Shown: piece after piece, positions 1 to 12,299 of the stretch | How the letters are laid out: the number at the start of each line of letters is the position of its first letter | How positions within the stretch are numbered: the stretch's first letter is position 1 | DNA from: Felis catus | Lineage: Eukaryota | DNA: 64,000 bases | Assembly (NCBI RefSeq): GCF_018350175.1 | Contig: NC_058368.1 | Coordinates: forward strand, 90,770,001-90,834,000 | Direction: 5' to 3' | Position numbers and translations under genes: made by a program | Notes under the pieces: model-generated | The model's input: only the letters and a program-made list of their open reading frames with translations | The model's database searches: none | What the model was told of the DNA's origin: nothing

Positions 1-355
1 TGGTGTGGACAAGGGGCCGTCACAGGTAGGGGGGCTGTGACATCCCTGACTTGCTTAGTTCAATGGGAATGTAAATTACTCTCAGCAACTCACTTATGCA
101 AAGAAAATGGAAACATTCCTGAATCCCCTGGCAGCCACCAGGAGAAAGAATTAAACGGAAAACAAACCAACCAATTCTTCCTTTTCCCTGTGGGCCTGGG
201 GGTCTGGAGGACAGAAGAGGAAGTGAATTGCTGACTCCCTTTGTCCAGAAGCCACTGTTCCCTGGGGGCCTTGTCCTGCCCCTTCTCTGCACGGGAAGTT
301 GTGCGGGAAGTTGTGTGAGGCAGGAGGGCTCAGCCAGCAGCGCAGTCCTGGCTAT

Positions 356-1069
356 CTAGGAAGATGAGCCACACCTGTCTGTGACGCCAGCATCCTGGGC
401 ACCCTGGGCTGGCAGGAGCCCCCGGTCTGCCTGCAGGCTCTGTCTGCATGCCTGGCCACCACCACCATCACTTGCATCCTTTACAGCCTCGATGTTTGCC
501 TTGTGCCCTGGCTTGCTTGATGGGGCCCGGATCTGGATCTGGATCTGGATCTTGATGAGAGCCGCCTGGGGCACCATTAGTCTGAGGGCCTCCTCAGACC
601 AGTCCATGACTCCAGTCCAGGGTACTGGGTGGGGGTCCCCTCTCCTCAGTAGCCCAAGCAACTCTTTCTGGCAGCATCCTCTGTCCTCCTCCCAGCTGGA
701 AGGGGCCGCACCTGGACATGTGCCCTTTTGCCCAGGTGGGCTGTCACAGAGGGTCATGGCACCAGGGTGCTGGCCAGTGGCAATGCAGCCCCTGGACTTT
801 GCAGCTTGGGCAGTGAGGGCAGGCGCCTCCGCTGGATGGGAGACAAGGCAGGAAGCTAGAGCGGTTGCCTCTCGAGGTCATGAGGCAGGGAGCATAGCTG
901 GAAGCTGGGCTACCCAGAACTGCTCAGGGAGAGCTGCTGGTCCAGCATGCAGTGACAGACAGGGCCCTAGTGGGCCAGCTGGTGAGGACAGGCAGAGTCC
1001 CAGAGTTGTGGGTGGGCCCAGGAAGACTCTGAGTAGTCCAGGAATGCCAGGGACGCCAAGCTGCAGACC
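356..1069 (-). pseudogene. Putative last coding pseudo-exon
   Basis: Acceptor ...GACTCCCCCATCAG|GGT at 1069. The phase-0 frame runs 238 codons to TAG at 356 with one internal TGA (880-878) and includes ORF 356..757. Confidence 0.5.
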
Positions 1070-1119
1070 CTGATGGGGGAGTCACAGATATGAGTCTGAG
1101 GCTATGTACAGACTACCTG

Positions 1120-1200
1120 CAGCAGCCATTGAGGCAGGCCTGGGCTCTCTGAGACTTAACTTTCCAATCTGCAGAATGGGGACAGTAATATTTACTGTGG
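1120..1200 (+). mobile_element. MIR fragment
   Basis: ctctctgagacttaactttccaatctgcagaatggggacagtaata resembles the MIR core. Confidence 0.6.
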
Positions 1201-1235
1201 AGCTGGTCCTAGGCTTCCATAAGCTAAAGGCTATA

Positions 1236-1455
1236 GGGGTGCCTGGGTGGCTCAGTTGGTTGAGCATCTGACTTCGGCTCAGGTCATGATCTCACAGTCT
1301 GCGAGTTTGAGCCCCCTGTCAGGCTCTGTGCTGACAGCTCGGAGCCTGGAGCCTACTTTGGATTCTGTGTCTCCCTCTCTCTCTCCCCTTCCCCTGCTTG
1401 CACTCTCTCTCTCTCTCTCTAAAAAAAAAAAATGTTAAAAAAATAAAATAAATAA
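1236..1455 (+). mobile_element. Can-SINE (SINEC_Fc)
   Basis: GGGGTGCCTGGGTGGCTCAG head, (CT)n, A-tail, TSD ctaaaggct(a/g)ta. Confidence 0.95.
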
Positions 1456-2534
1456 CTAAAGGCTGTAAAGGGTCCAACTCTGACCTGAGGTCCAAAGTAT
1501 GGGGCCAGCCTTTCAGCAGGGAAGGCGATGGCTCAGAAAGGAATTCTTTACAAGGGAAGAAACCCAGGTCCCACTCAGGCTGGCCTTTTCCCTTGGGCCC
1601 TCCTGGCATCTGACCCTCTCCAGAATGAACACATATTGTGTGTGTTGGGCTGGCAAAGGGTGTCACCCCTTCTGTAACCCTGGGAAATGAGGACCAGAAT
1701 GCTCTCGGTTTTCCAGATGAGACCCCGCAAAGATCAGGGAAGCGTGGCCCCTGCCCATGGTCAAGCCATGGGAGAAGCACAGAGGTGAATTGGGAGGCCA
1801 GCCCAGCACGAGAGCTGATAGCAAATGTAATCTGGGTCTTGAGGAGCTGAGGGCAGGCTAGGCCAGTAGGAGCCCTCACCAGGGAGAGGGGGCCTGCTGC
1901 ACACGGTGTCCTGGGAGAAGGGGGAGGGGAGCGGATCAGGAAATGTGTGCCTGGATGCAGGGGAGGGAGGGGCTGGCAGATCCTCTCGGGGTCCCCAGAG
2001 AGGCTCAGAGACTGGAAGTGATTTTTATTTCCTTGCAAACTAATCATTATTAGAAGATCCAATGGTTTAGTGGGGTCCGTAGAAATGTCGAAGTGCCTGG
2101 GAGTGGTATTTGGGGGTCTGTCCTCTGTTGCCTTGCTCAGATCTTGTTTGGAGATGTGCACAGGGAATCCTTCCTGCTGTTCTTGTGGGGGCCATCACCT
2201 TCCTGAGCTGAGGGCAGGGGGTGCTGACTCAGGAGAGACCCAGCGTAGGCATGGCCCGGTGCCCACAGTGAGGCCCTGCAGATAAAAGGGCAGGCTGAGA
2301 AGAGTCCTGCCTGCCCTTCCCCTCTCCTGTCTACTCTGTCCCCCGATCGACAACCCCCTTTATCAGCCTCCTGTGGGTCCTTCGAGTGTTTCTTTAAGGA
2401 CATACACAGATGCAGCTGTGTGTTTTCTCTCATCATACGGTAACTACTATATGCTCTTACTTCATAATGTGCCCTGCAGATCTTTCCAGACTGATACCTA
2501 GAGTGCGTCCTCGTCCTTTTTATAAATAGCTGCT

Positions 2535-2923
2535 GCATCAGTCAGGGGCCTGGCAGGAAACAGATGGCTCACTCAAACTGGGCAGTCTGAGGAGCGTTTA
2601 CTAAGAGGGACTCTTCACAGAGGTGTGGGCAGGAGGTAGCGAAGTCATGAGGGGTGGCCCTTGTCCTTATTGCCCGAGGCTGGAGGGGCCAGGGGAAAGG
2701 GGGAGAGATGAGCCAACAGGGCTGCCTGGCAGGAGCCCTGACTTTTGGTCAAGAGCACAGGTTGGCCAGGGGTGCCTGGGTGACTCAGTTGGTTAAGCTT
2801 CTTGACTTCGGTTCAGGTCACGATCTCATGGTTCGTGGGTCTGAGCCCCACATCGGGGTCTGCACTGACAGTGCGGATCCTGCTTGGGATTCTTCCTCTC
2901 TCTCTGCCCCTCCCCCTGCTCAT

Positions 2924-2960
<37 letters not shown>

Positions 2961-3172
2961 AAAAAAAAAATGTGTAGTTGGCCAGAGGTTTCTCTACATG
3001 AGTGAACACATACCTCTGCTTTTCTGTCCTCTCCCCTTTCCACTGGCTGAAACTGACCTGAAGTCAGGGGCAAGGGCTTTCCCATCACACCACAGCCTCC
3101 ACCCAGGGCCCCAAGCAAGGTGAAGGGGGCGGGGGACTGTGAATCTGATCCGCAAATGGAAAGATCTCCAGG
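2535..3172 (-). mobile_element. Ancient MaLR (MLT1-type) LTR, split by a SINE
   Basis: cagtcagggg..cagcaggaaacagatggc..actcaaactggg terminus typical of old MLT1 LTRs. Confidence 0.55.
2769..2970 (+). mobile_element. Can-SINE
   Basis: tRNA-derived head, (CT)n, poly-A, partial TSD gttggcca. Confidence 0.95.
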
Positions 3173-3214
3173 TGTGTGTTTAGTTTCTTCCAGGTTGCTG
3201 TGCCATGCACAATT

Positions 3215-3232
3215 TTTAATTTTTTATCTTAT

Positions 3233-3298
<66 letters not shown>

Positions 3299-3677
3299 GA
3301 GGGGCAGACGGAAAGAGAATCTTTTTAAAAATTTTTTTTTAAAAATGTTTATTTTTGAGAGAGGGACAGAGCGTGAGCAGGGGAAGGGCAGAAAGAGAGG
3401 CAAAGAGTGTCTCTTTGAGAGAGACACAGAATTCAAAGAAGGCTCCAGGCTCTGAGCACAGAGCCCAACATGAGACTCAAACCCATGAACCGTGAGGTCA
3501 TGACTAGAGCTGAAGTCGGACGCTTAACTGACTGAGCCACCCAGGCACCCCAAGAGAGAGAATCTTAAGCAGGCTCCATATGTTGGACATGGGGCTCGAT
3601 CTCACAACCCTGGGATCATAACCTGAGCCAAAATCAAGACTCAGACGCTCAGCTGACTGAGTCACCCAGGCGCTCCC
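3215..3677 (-). mobile_element. Can-SINE containing a nested Can-SINE (~3326-3551) and a (TG)n(GA)n microsatellite
   Basis: Two SINE heads (ending ~3551 and ~3677); agagaatctt duplicated around the inner copy. Confidence 0.9.
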
Positions 3678-3699
3678 TCCCCACACATTTTTTTTTTTT

Positions 3700-4360
3700 A
3701 AGACAAGTGGTTTCACTTAGATTTCCAATCTGTTGCTCTTAACATGCAGGCATATCTAAAGGATACATTTCCAGAAGTGAAATTGCTAGGTCAAAGGGTT
3801 AATGCATTTGCTGTTTTGATAGCCTTTGCAAAATCGCCTTCTGTGTGGTGATACCTCTTCCTACAGAGTTTCACCAACAAAGGGGTGCTGTCACATTTAC
3901 ATTTCTGCCAAGCTGAAAGTGAGAAGCCACTTTGGGGGTGGGGAGTGGGGGGCCAATTTGCATTTCATTTCATAATTTCTTCTCTTAATTTGCATTGTTT
4001 ATGTTTGAGGGCCCTTTGTATTTCACTGTGTTCAAGTTCTTCATCATTTTTCCCCCCATTGCATTATTGATCTTTATCTTCTTAGTTTCCAAGAGCTCTT
4101 TATATATTAGGGATATTAGTTCTCTTGACAGTCATCTGAGTTGCAAATATTTTTTTTCCCACTTGATCTCTTGGCTTTGCCTACAGCTGCTTCTGCTGTG
4201 CAGAAGGTTTTGATCTTTGTGTAGTCTGTCAATCTTTAATGGTTGTTCAATTTTGGGTCCTAGTTTGAAAAACCTTCCTTGTGTCAAGATCGTAATGCTC
4301 AATTCTTCCCATGCTTGTGTGTGTGGTTTCGTGTATACATTTAGGTTTTCGATCCATTTA
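3700..4360 (-). mobile_element. Old L1 (L1M) fragment
   Basis: T-rich antisense L1 3'/ORF2-end motifs (gaagtgaaattgctaggtcaaagggt; tctttatatattagggatatt). Confidence 0.7.
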
Positions 4361-4699
4361 GCGATCACCCTGACAGTAATCAGATAGGTTAGCAGATAGG
4401 CACTGGAAGGTGCCTTTCATTGGCAGGTTTACATTATGTTCAGAATTGGATAAGGAAGAAGAATATGGTGCTTTGGAGCACCTGTATTTGTGATGTAAGA
4501 TGTAAGCCACACCCTCTCGGTCCTGCTGTCCCTTGCCTGTCCTTACTCACCCTGGGCTCTCTTTGGGAGATGTGGATGCACCCAGCACCCTCCCCTCCAA
4601 GGCCTGATGTTCATCTGTTCCCTGGGATCTTCTTCCTCCCAGGCCTCCTCCCATAGGCGGCTGCCTCCCTGACTCTGGGGGGTGCCTGGACCCAGGGTG

Positions 4700-5530
4700 T
4701 GTAGCTAGGTGCCGGCACTCAGCAGGCCTGAGATGTGTTCTCGGCTTGAATGATCCCGTCTTGCCTACTGGACATCTCCACATTCCACAGGCACCTAAAA
4801 CTCAGTGCACCTGTACTGAACCCACTGCCTTGCTTCCCACACCCTGTGCCCAGCCCCCAAAGATTGCTCTCTGCAGCCCTCCTGTCCCCTCCTGTCCCCT
4901 GGGGGTGCGTCCATTCCCCCGTGGCTCACACCTCTGACACATCACCCTCTCCTTGCCCTCCTGTCTACTGCTCATTCTGTGCTTGGTCCTCTCAATTCTG
5001 TCCCTCAAATGCATCTTGCAGGGGAATCTCTCCCTTGACGTGCACGGCACTTTGCCCGACTGGTCACCTCCTCCACCTCCCTGCACTGCAGTAATGCTCC
5101 TTCCTGCTTGGGACCCTCCTGGTCTGCTGTCCAGAGGCTATCAGCATGATCCTTCTAGAATGTAAATCTGTCGGGGTCACTTCCCTGACTAACGCTGCTG
5201 AAGGTCTCTCCGGTGGCTCTCAGGATGAAGTTCAAACTCTCAGTAGCCTGGCATCCTTGGCCTTTTGTCGTCTGGCCTCAGTTTACTTCCCAACACCACA
5301 GCCCATCCTCACAGAGGCTTCCTTCCCATCCCTCAACTGATGAGCGGTGCTCAGCCTTCAGGTCTCAGGGCCTGTGTTACATTTTCAGGGCAGACCCTCC
5401 TGCCCACAGGTCTGGATCGGGGACCCAAGGGCTCCCCATGTGTGTAGCACAACTGCGGCCCTAGAGGGCAGACCCACGCTGAACCTGCTGCATCCCAGTG
5501 CCTGGCATGTGGGAGGAACTTATTCTTGCC
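4700..5530 (+). mobile_element. L2 fragment
   Basis: gcctactggacatctccacatt..cacaggcacctaaaactca; 3' end cccagtgcctggca. Confidence 0.7.
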
Positions 5531-6929
5531 TGAATTCAGAAATTCAAGCCTAGAAATCAGGACAGCAGCAGTTGATAGAGAAATAAGATGTTTTTCAGGA
5601 ACATCCCTGAATCCACCCCTTGGCACTGAAATGTTCTTAGCCTCTGAAGGGCTTAAGGAAGAGTGGGCACTGAGCCAGCCCTGTAGACAACTGAAATGAG
5701 CCCAGGCAAAAGCTTCCATAATGCATGTGCCGCGCCGCCGGTCCCCAGAGATCCACGAAAGGACGGATTATGTTTTCAGCAGGAAGAAAAGAAATTTGTC
5801 ATCTCCTCTGGTGCTGGGAGCCAAAGTCACCCAGACTGCAGAGTCGCCTTCTTGATGACACCGGGGGTCAGGAGATGACTGGGCTGGGCTTGGGGTCCCC
5901 TGGCCAGCGAGGCAGGTGCTGCTCAGCATCTTGGGGCTGAGCCCTAAGGCACTGTTGCTCCATGGGGCACTTCCAGAGGGTCCCCAGCACAACTGAGAAG
6001 GGACCCAGAACAGCCTCCTCAGTTCATTCTACTTCCTCCCATGGGGGCCCCCCAACATGCGTTTGCCTCACGCACAGCACCTCCAGAGAACCGTGACTTC
6101 ATGCATCCCAGCTCTTGGTGGCACCGGGGTCCCCATCATCCTCTCTGGGGACCATGCTCCCATCTCTCCTGGGAGTGGATTGCCAAAACTCAGTGACCAG
6201 AGAGCATGACCTAAGATGGCCAATGCCGGCCAGTTACTGGACGTGGTCCGACAATTTCGGGATCCAATGTTAAAACCTCAATATTACTGTCCACTTAGTT
6301 GCTCCCCCAACCTTCTTCCTCCTTGTCTGTCATCTCCAGGGGCTCCACCTTCCTCCCCACTCAGGCTCTGCTTCTTACAGGGAATACTGAGCTGAGAGTT
6401 CCACCTTCTTTTGCATCCCCAGGGAAGATGCTGTTCTGCTTCTGAGGCTCAGTGTTCTCATGGGAGCTGACAGTCGCAGGGGTACAGGCCTGGGCTGCAG
6501 GTCAGATGCTCAAAGCAGCTGGCTGATGGGAGGGACAGTCCCTGGTGCTCATGGCTTCCCAAGGGGCGTACAGGCAGGGACAGAGTCCGATTTGCCCCGG
6601 GAGCTGTAGCTGGGCGGTAGGTGCCCTGTAAACACTGTTGACCAGGGGTCTAAGGACCCCTACTTAAGGGTGAGCCTTGGGCCTGAGGGGTAGAACAAAC
6701 AGCTGGTACAGACGGCAGGGTACAGGCATGCAGATGGTGACTACAGGCAGGACCAAAGCAGCAAGTGCCCCGAGCCAAGAGCGTGGGAAGTCAGGAATGA
6801 CTGCCTGGCGGGAAGGCCAATGCAGGGCGCTGACCTTGAAGGATGCACAGGACTTTGACAGCTGTGGGTGTACCAGGAGGGACCTTCAGGTCTGAGGAAA
6901 GAGGGGGAGGAAGAAGATGCTGGATGTGT

Positions 6930-7430
6930 TCAGATATACAAAATGGGCAATTCATGTTTGAAGTGAAAACAGGCAAGAAACACATAAAAGAGGCTCGACC
7001 CAATTAATAATCAAAGGATGCAAATGAAAGCAATAATGAGATGCTCCCCACCCCCAATATTAAGTAGGCAAAGATAAAACCATATTGGAATCCAGGCCTG
7101 GAAGAGAGTTGGGAGATTGACCTTCTCACCAGTATAAACCGGGCCATTGCAATGCTGTGCCTAGAAGGCTAGGAGCTGTGTATGTGCATTAACCAAAGAG
7201 CTACTTCCAGGATATTTTCCTAAGGATATAATTAAGGCCGCACACCAGAATTTGGCTGTACTGATTTTCATCAAGGCACAATTTATGCCAACAAAGAAAT
7301 CTCAGTGTTTAACAGTGAATCGGTTGAGTAAACTTTGGTCGTTAGAAATCTCGTAGTTAAAGAGCAGTTCCTGTCGTGAGAAAATGTTCCCGATAAGCTG
7401 TTAGTGGAAGAAGCAGTGAGAACAGAATGA
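6930..7430 (+). mobile_element. Old L1 (L1ME-like) 3' fragment
   Basis: aataatcaaaggatgcaaatgaaagcaataatgagat and similar L1 3'-end motifs. Confidence 0.65.
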
Positions 7431-7460
7431 GGTGAGTGTTACACAGATGGGCAAAGGTAT

Positions 7461-7650
7461 TTGCCCGGGTGTGACTTTCTCACTCCCGGCAACAGGAGGC
7501 GGGATGGGGCGGGGCTCCTTCTCCTGGGGGCGTGGCCTCCTCCTCCAGGCCAGGCTGAAGGCGCCCAAGAAGCCAGGGGTTGGTTGGCTCTTTGTCTCCC
7601 TTCGCCTCTCTTCGGCTCCCTTTGCTGGTTCTCTGGTAAACTGGCATCCT
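7461..7650 (+). promoter_or_regulatory. GC-box cluster, promoter-like
   Basis: GGGGCGGGGC (7506-7515), GGGGCGTGGC (7527-7536), imperfect inverted repeat 7461-7492, local CpGs. Confidence 0.35.
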
Positions 7651-7835
7651 GTTGGGGGGATGGGATGGGTGGGAGGGGGGAACAGGGCACACACCCAGCT
7701 AATAATAAAAGGGAAGCTTCCATTTGCCACTTGCCACTGTCCCTTCCCCTTCCTGCAGCTTTCTTGCAAACGTTGTGCTCGAAATTCGAGTATTCCTTAA
7801 TCCCACCATAACTTTTGCTTATAATTTTGAACGTT

Positions 7836-8060
7836 TCTTTTATTTTAAGACTTATTTATTTATTTATTGAAAGAAAGAGAGTGCACGCACAAGCAGGGAA
7901 GGGGCGGAGAGAGAGAGAGGGAGAGAGAGAATTCCAAGCTGGTTCTGCTCTGTCAGCACAGAGCCCAGTGCAGGGCTCTCGAACCTATGAACTGTAAGAT
8001 CATGACCTGAGCAGAAATCAAGAGGTGGATGCTCAACCGACTGGGCCACCCAGGCTCTCC
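7836..8060 (-). mobile_element. Can-SINE
   Basis: Antisense SINE, TSD ttgaa(c/t)gtt. Confidence 0.93.
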
Positions 8061-8361
8061 TTGAATGTTAATTTTCCGTTGTAAAGTTCAAACACACAAA
8101 AGGGTGTATAGGGAAAAATATAGTTTCTATCCATGTTTTCAAGCCTGTCAGAACCACCCAGCATTATCCGTTTCTGGAGCAGCCTCCTGGAGATGTTTTG
8201 TTTTAAATATTTGATGAACATTCAGACAATCACATGTATATAATATCCCCCGAGCTGCTTTCGCGCAACTGGTGGTGCATTTTACTTGTCGATTTGTATC
8301 TTGTTTTCACTTAATGATGTGACTTGATGACAACTGCATCTCAGTCCCTGGAGAGTGCCTC

Positions 8362-8597
8362 CTTTTTTTTTTATTTTTTAAAAATTTTTTTTCCCAACGT
8401 TTATTTATTTTTGGGACAGAGAGAGACAGAGCATGAACGGGGGAGGGGCAGAGAGAAAGGGAGACACAGAATCGGAAGCAGGCTCCAGGCTCTGAGCCAT
8501 CAGCCCAGAGCCTGACGCGGGGCTCGAACTCACGGACCGCGAGATCGTGACCTGGCTGAAGTCGGACGCTTAACCGACTGCGCCACCCAGGCGCCCC
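8362..8597 (-). mobile_element. Young Can-SINE (SINEC_Fc, CpG-rich)
   Basis: CpGs retained; TSD tggagag(t/c)gcc. Confidence 0.97.
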
Positions 8598-8901
8598 TGG
8601 AGAGCGCCCTTTTAATGCTGCGTAATATTCCACGATGTGGCCCACCATTATTTACTTAGCAATGGATAGGTTGGCTGTTCTCCATCTTTCGCTATTGCAA
8701 TGAAGAAGCTTTGGCACAAGCAAATTTTTGATGTGATGGGATCTGTAGGATAAGACCCTAGAAGTGAGCAAAGCTTTGTGCCCTGGAAAATTGGGTGGAA
8801 ATCACCAAAGATATCCTCCACAGATGATGCACCGATTTGCACTCCTCCATCAGCCACGGAGTCGTTTCTCCACCCTCTTGCCAACACAGAGAGCCCTCAG
8901 A

Positions 8902-8922
8902 TTTATTTGTTTGTTTGTTTGT

Positions 8923-8953
<31 letters not shown>

Positions 8954-9142
8954 TTTCGAGAGTGGGTGCACTTGTTCGAGCAAGCTGGGGAGGCACAGAG
9001 AGAGGGGGAGACAGAGAATCTTAAGCAGGCTCCACACCCAGCACAGAGCCTGATGCGGGGCTCGATCTTACAACCCCGAGGTCATGACCTGAGCTGAAAT
9101 CAAGAGTCAGATGCTTGACCAACTGAGCCACCCAGGTGCCCC
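8902..9142 (-). mobile_element. Can-SINE
   Basis: (TTTA)n tail, TSD cctcaga. Confidence 0.93.
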
Positions 9143-9879
9143 AAGTCCTCAGACTTTTTGATCTTTGAAAAGTAGTTGAAAAACTTTCACTTATTATGAA
9201 TGGGGTTGAGCTTCTTTTAATATTCTTTTTTTTTTTAAATCATGAAATACAGCACGTATACCGAGAAGTATGTAAAACATATTTGTACGGGAAAATGAAT
9301 AATTATGAATTAAACTCTCAGAGAACCAACAAACAGATTAAGACTTTAAACAGACCAGCACCCAGAGTCCACTCCCCCTGTGTGCACCCTCTCTTGGCTT
9401 GACTCCCTCTTCTCCCAAATTCTGTGACAGTGGTCACCCTAGAAATCACTACACATCTTTAACTTATCAAAGTTTGTGTTTTATCAGTGCCCTCCTCTCC
9501 CTCCCAGGAGACACTGACCACAGAACACTTTAATGTCATTTACCCTGCCTCTAACTTATGTGTGATTGCTGTTAGGTATTTTGATTCTATTTCTTCCTGC
9601 TGATTTCTAGGATCTTTTTGTGTATTAGCAAATTGACTCTTTGTTGGTGCAATGACTTGCAAATATTTCTCCCAGTTTATCTTTTTTATTTTTACTTTGG
9701 CCACAGTGATTTTGCCATGCAGGATTTTCCCAAATATATATGTATTAATTAAAATAGACTAGCAGGTTGTACGCCAGAATGAGGGCATCGATAACCACAA
9801 TAAATGGTGGAAGTATGGCTAATTTTTGTGTTTTTCTATTGTATTTTTAAAGTTTTTTTTTAAATTGAGGACATATATT

Positions 9880-10124
9880 ACTTTTTTTAAGTGGTATTTT
9901 TTTGTTTGTTTACTCTGTGGGTGGGAGGAGAAAGAGAGAGCAAGCAAGCATGCACAGCAGGGGCAGAGAGAGAGAGAGAGAGAGAAATAGAGAGAGAGTC
10001 CCAAGCAGGCTCTGCACTGTCAGCATGGAGCCCAACGCAGGTCTTCAACTCACGAACCGTGAGATCATGACCTGAGCTGAAATCCAGAGTCAGGCGCTTA
10101 ACCGATTGAACCACTCAGGCGCCC
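9880..10124 (-). mobile_element. Can-SINE
   Basis: Antisense SINE body and head. Confidence 0.92.
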
Positions 10125-10214
10125 TGTGGATGTATGACTTTTGTAATCAGAAAGAAATATAGCAGATATTATAAAAGGTCCATTACAGCAGGACTGTCCT
10201 GGGCCTCCCCTAAC

Positions 10215-10532
10215 CTAGCGTACTGAAGTCACTTTGCATTAAGGCCCAAGTGGCTTCAGGTCCTGTATCCCTCCCACTCGGCCAGCTGCAGACCCCAGCG
10301 TCTTTGTCTCTTCCATGGTATCCCAGGCTGTTTCTGGGAGACCCAGACAGGGTTCCGGTGGGTCTTCACCTGTCAGCCTACCTTGCCCTGTGCTGCTGGC
10401 ATCTGAGACCTTGAACCTCTCTACCATGCTGCCCCTGCATGTGCCAGCACCCCTGGTCCTCAGGTAGCCTTCCTGCGACTTGAGTCACTGGAGCTGGGTG
10501 GCTCCTGGACTCTCTGTTCTATTTGTCACCTC
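10215..10532 (-). pseudogene. Putative pseudo-exon (318 nt, phase 0-0)
   Basis: TTTGGACTTTTCAG|GAG acceptor, TAG|GTTAGG donor; EVTNRTESPGATQLQ*LKSQEG...QDLKPLGP*CKVTSVR*. Confidence 0.5.
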
Positions 10533-10989
10533 CTGAAAAGTCCAAATAGCTGAAGGTGGCTTTAGGTGAAACTTTTCTCTTTTTGTCTATAATCTTTATA
10601 CCACCAGGCTGCACCTAGTAGGGGCTTTAGGCAGTAAAGCTAGGAGGGAGTCGAGTGTTGGGGTTCAAAGCCGAAACAGATGGGACTCGTAGGGTCCAGG
10701 GATGCTCTGAGGGGAGCTGGCTGGAGCTCCACTGTCCCGAGCAGACGTCACCCCTGGGACATAGTCACCCCCGAGGGCTCTCCCCAGAGAGCGGGTGCCA
10801 TTCCCAGGGCACAGTGAAAATAGAGTCTCCTCCCTGCCCAAGTGTGGGGAGCAGGAGTCTAGAACCATCCCTGTGCCTGCCACTTACCTGCCACTCCCCG
10901 CTTCCAAGCCCACAGCCTGGGAGGAAGGCTGCTCACTTTCTACTTCCTATCGTTCTTGCCTTTTGGTCCCTTAGGAGACCTTGAGATAC

Positions 10990-11305
10990 ATACCCTGGGA
11001 TGTCTCCTGGGTGATTGTGTGTGCCTTTCACTGTTACCAACCCTGAAGCTTCTAGCAGACAGTTTCGCTTTTTCTGGGAAGCAGCTAGAAAGCTTTGGGA
11101 CTCCTTTGTGGCTCGCCATAGCAGGCTTACAGCTCATGTGGACTTTGTTTTCAGGTTAGCCTCCTTCTTGCCGGGCTTTATGGCCCTACACTTGTTTTTC
11201 TTTCTTTTTTGGCACCCACATTAATTTATGCAATCTTGTTATATATGTGTATCCTCGTAAGCACCTTAAATCCTTTCCAGAAACGTTGGGTAGAAATCAT
11301 AAATA
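10990..11305 (+). mobile_element. L4 (RTE-X)-like ancient LINE 3' end
   Basis: tttgtggctcgcc...gtaagcaccttaaatcctttccagaaa...aaatcataaata matches the recalled L4 3' terminus. Confidence 0.55.
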
Positions 11306-11377
11306 CCATTTCTATCTTCATCCGGAGTCTGGAGGTGGGTAAACATCTCAGTGACAGCCAGTCTTATTAACCCTTAC

Positions 11378-11479
11378 CTGGGCAGGCAGGAATGTGGCTC
11401 CTGGGGTCCAGAAGCTTCCCCTGCAGACCCACGGAGAGGCTCTAAGGAGGGGGCTGGTGGATGGAGAATGCACCTCCAG
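11378..11479 (-). pseudogene. Putative pseudo-exon (102 nt)
   Basis: CCCATTCCTCACTCTCAG|CTG acceptor, CAG|GTAAGG donor; open in phase 0 (LEVHSPSTSPLLRASPW...PAQ). Confidence 0.5.
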
Positions 11480-11845
11480 CTGAGAGTGAGGAATGGGAAC
11501 AGGACCCCCACATGAGCCTTGCTCAGGGCTGCTGGGAACCCTGGATTTCCGTGGGGTGACTCTCTGGAAGCCTTAGCCCCTGGGTATTTGAGAAAAGGCA
11601 CATTTTCACTGACCCGGGACAGGGTGTTTTCTAGGCTTGTCTGGCAGAGGAGGGAAACAAAGTTTGTGGGTGCTGAGGGCAGGAGAGTAGCTGAGGGGCT
11701 CAACCACTGGTTCTTCCAGGCTGAGCAGGGAAGCTCGAGAGGCTGGGGGTATTGACAAGATACTCCCAGGGTAGGGACAGTGCATGGGGGGGGGGTTCCG
11801 GCAGAACCCTGGTTGGCTTGGGTGTGAAGTCTGGGGTCACTTCTT

Positions 11846-12069
11846 TTTAAAAAAATTTTTTTTTCAACGTTTATTTTTATTTTTGGGACAGAGAGAGACA
11901 GAGCATGAACAGGGGAGGGGCAGAGAGAGAGGGAGACACAGAATCGGAAACAGGCTCCAGGCTCTGAGCCATCAGCCCAGAGCCCGACGCGGGGCTCGAA
12001 CTCACGGACCGCGAGATCGTGACCTGGCTGAAGTCGGACACCCAACCGACTGCGCCACCCAGGCGCCCC
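11846..12069 (-). mobile_element. Young Can-SINE (SINEC_Fc, CpG-rich)
   Basis: Perfect 14-bp TSD tggggtcacttctt (11832-11845 / 12070-12083). Confidence 0.98.
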
Positions 12070-12299
12070 TGGGGTCACTTCTTAGAGGTGGGGCTGTCTT
12101 AGGTGATGGGAAGGTTTCTGGCTGGCCACCGGAGAGGCTGGCTGAAGTGGTGTGTTGGAAAGGCCACTGGTTGCAGGCGCAGGTCACCCCTCTGGATGCT
12201 GAGCCCTGCTTGGAGTGGGTCAGTGAGGAGGCATACAAAATGATAGAACTGGATGGGGCAGCCCTCTTCCCTGGCAGGTGGAAGGCTGGGTCTTTGGGC

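Larger units (their letters stand above)
8061..9760 (-). mobile_element. Fragmented old L1 (L1M), interrupted by SINEs
   Basis: Antisense L1 3' motifs (tttaatgctgcgtaatattccac; ttgcaaatatttctcccagt). Confidence 0.55.

Noticed and set aside
1236..1310. tRNA-like A/B box sequences, repeated about 40 times
   Set aside because: tRNA-derived Can-SINE heads, not tRNA genes; dispersed, so not a CRISPR-like array.
10888..11305. Perfect CAG|GTAAGT minus-strand donor at ~10888 with a basic ORF upstream
   Set aside because: Most of the upstream sequence looks like an L4/RTE-X 3' end read antisense, so its coding appearance is not trusted.
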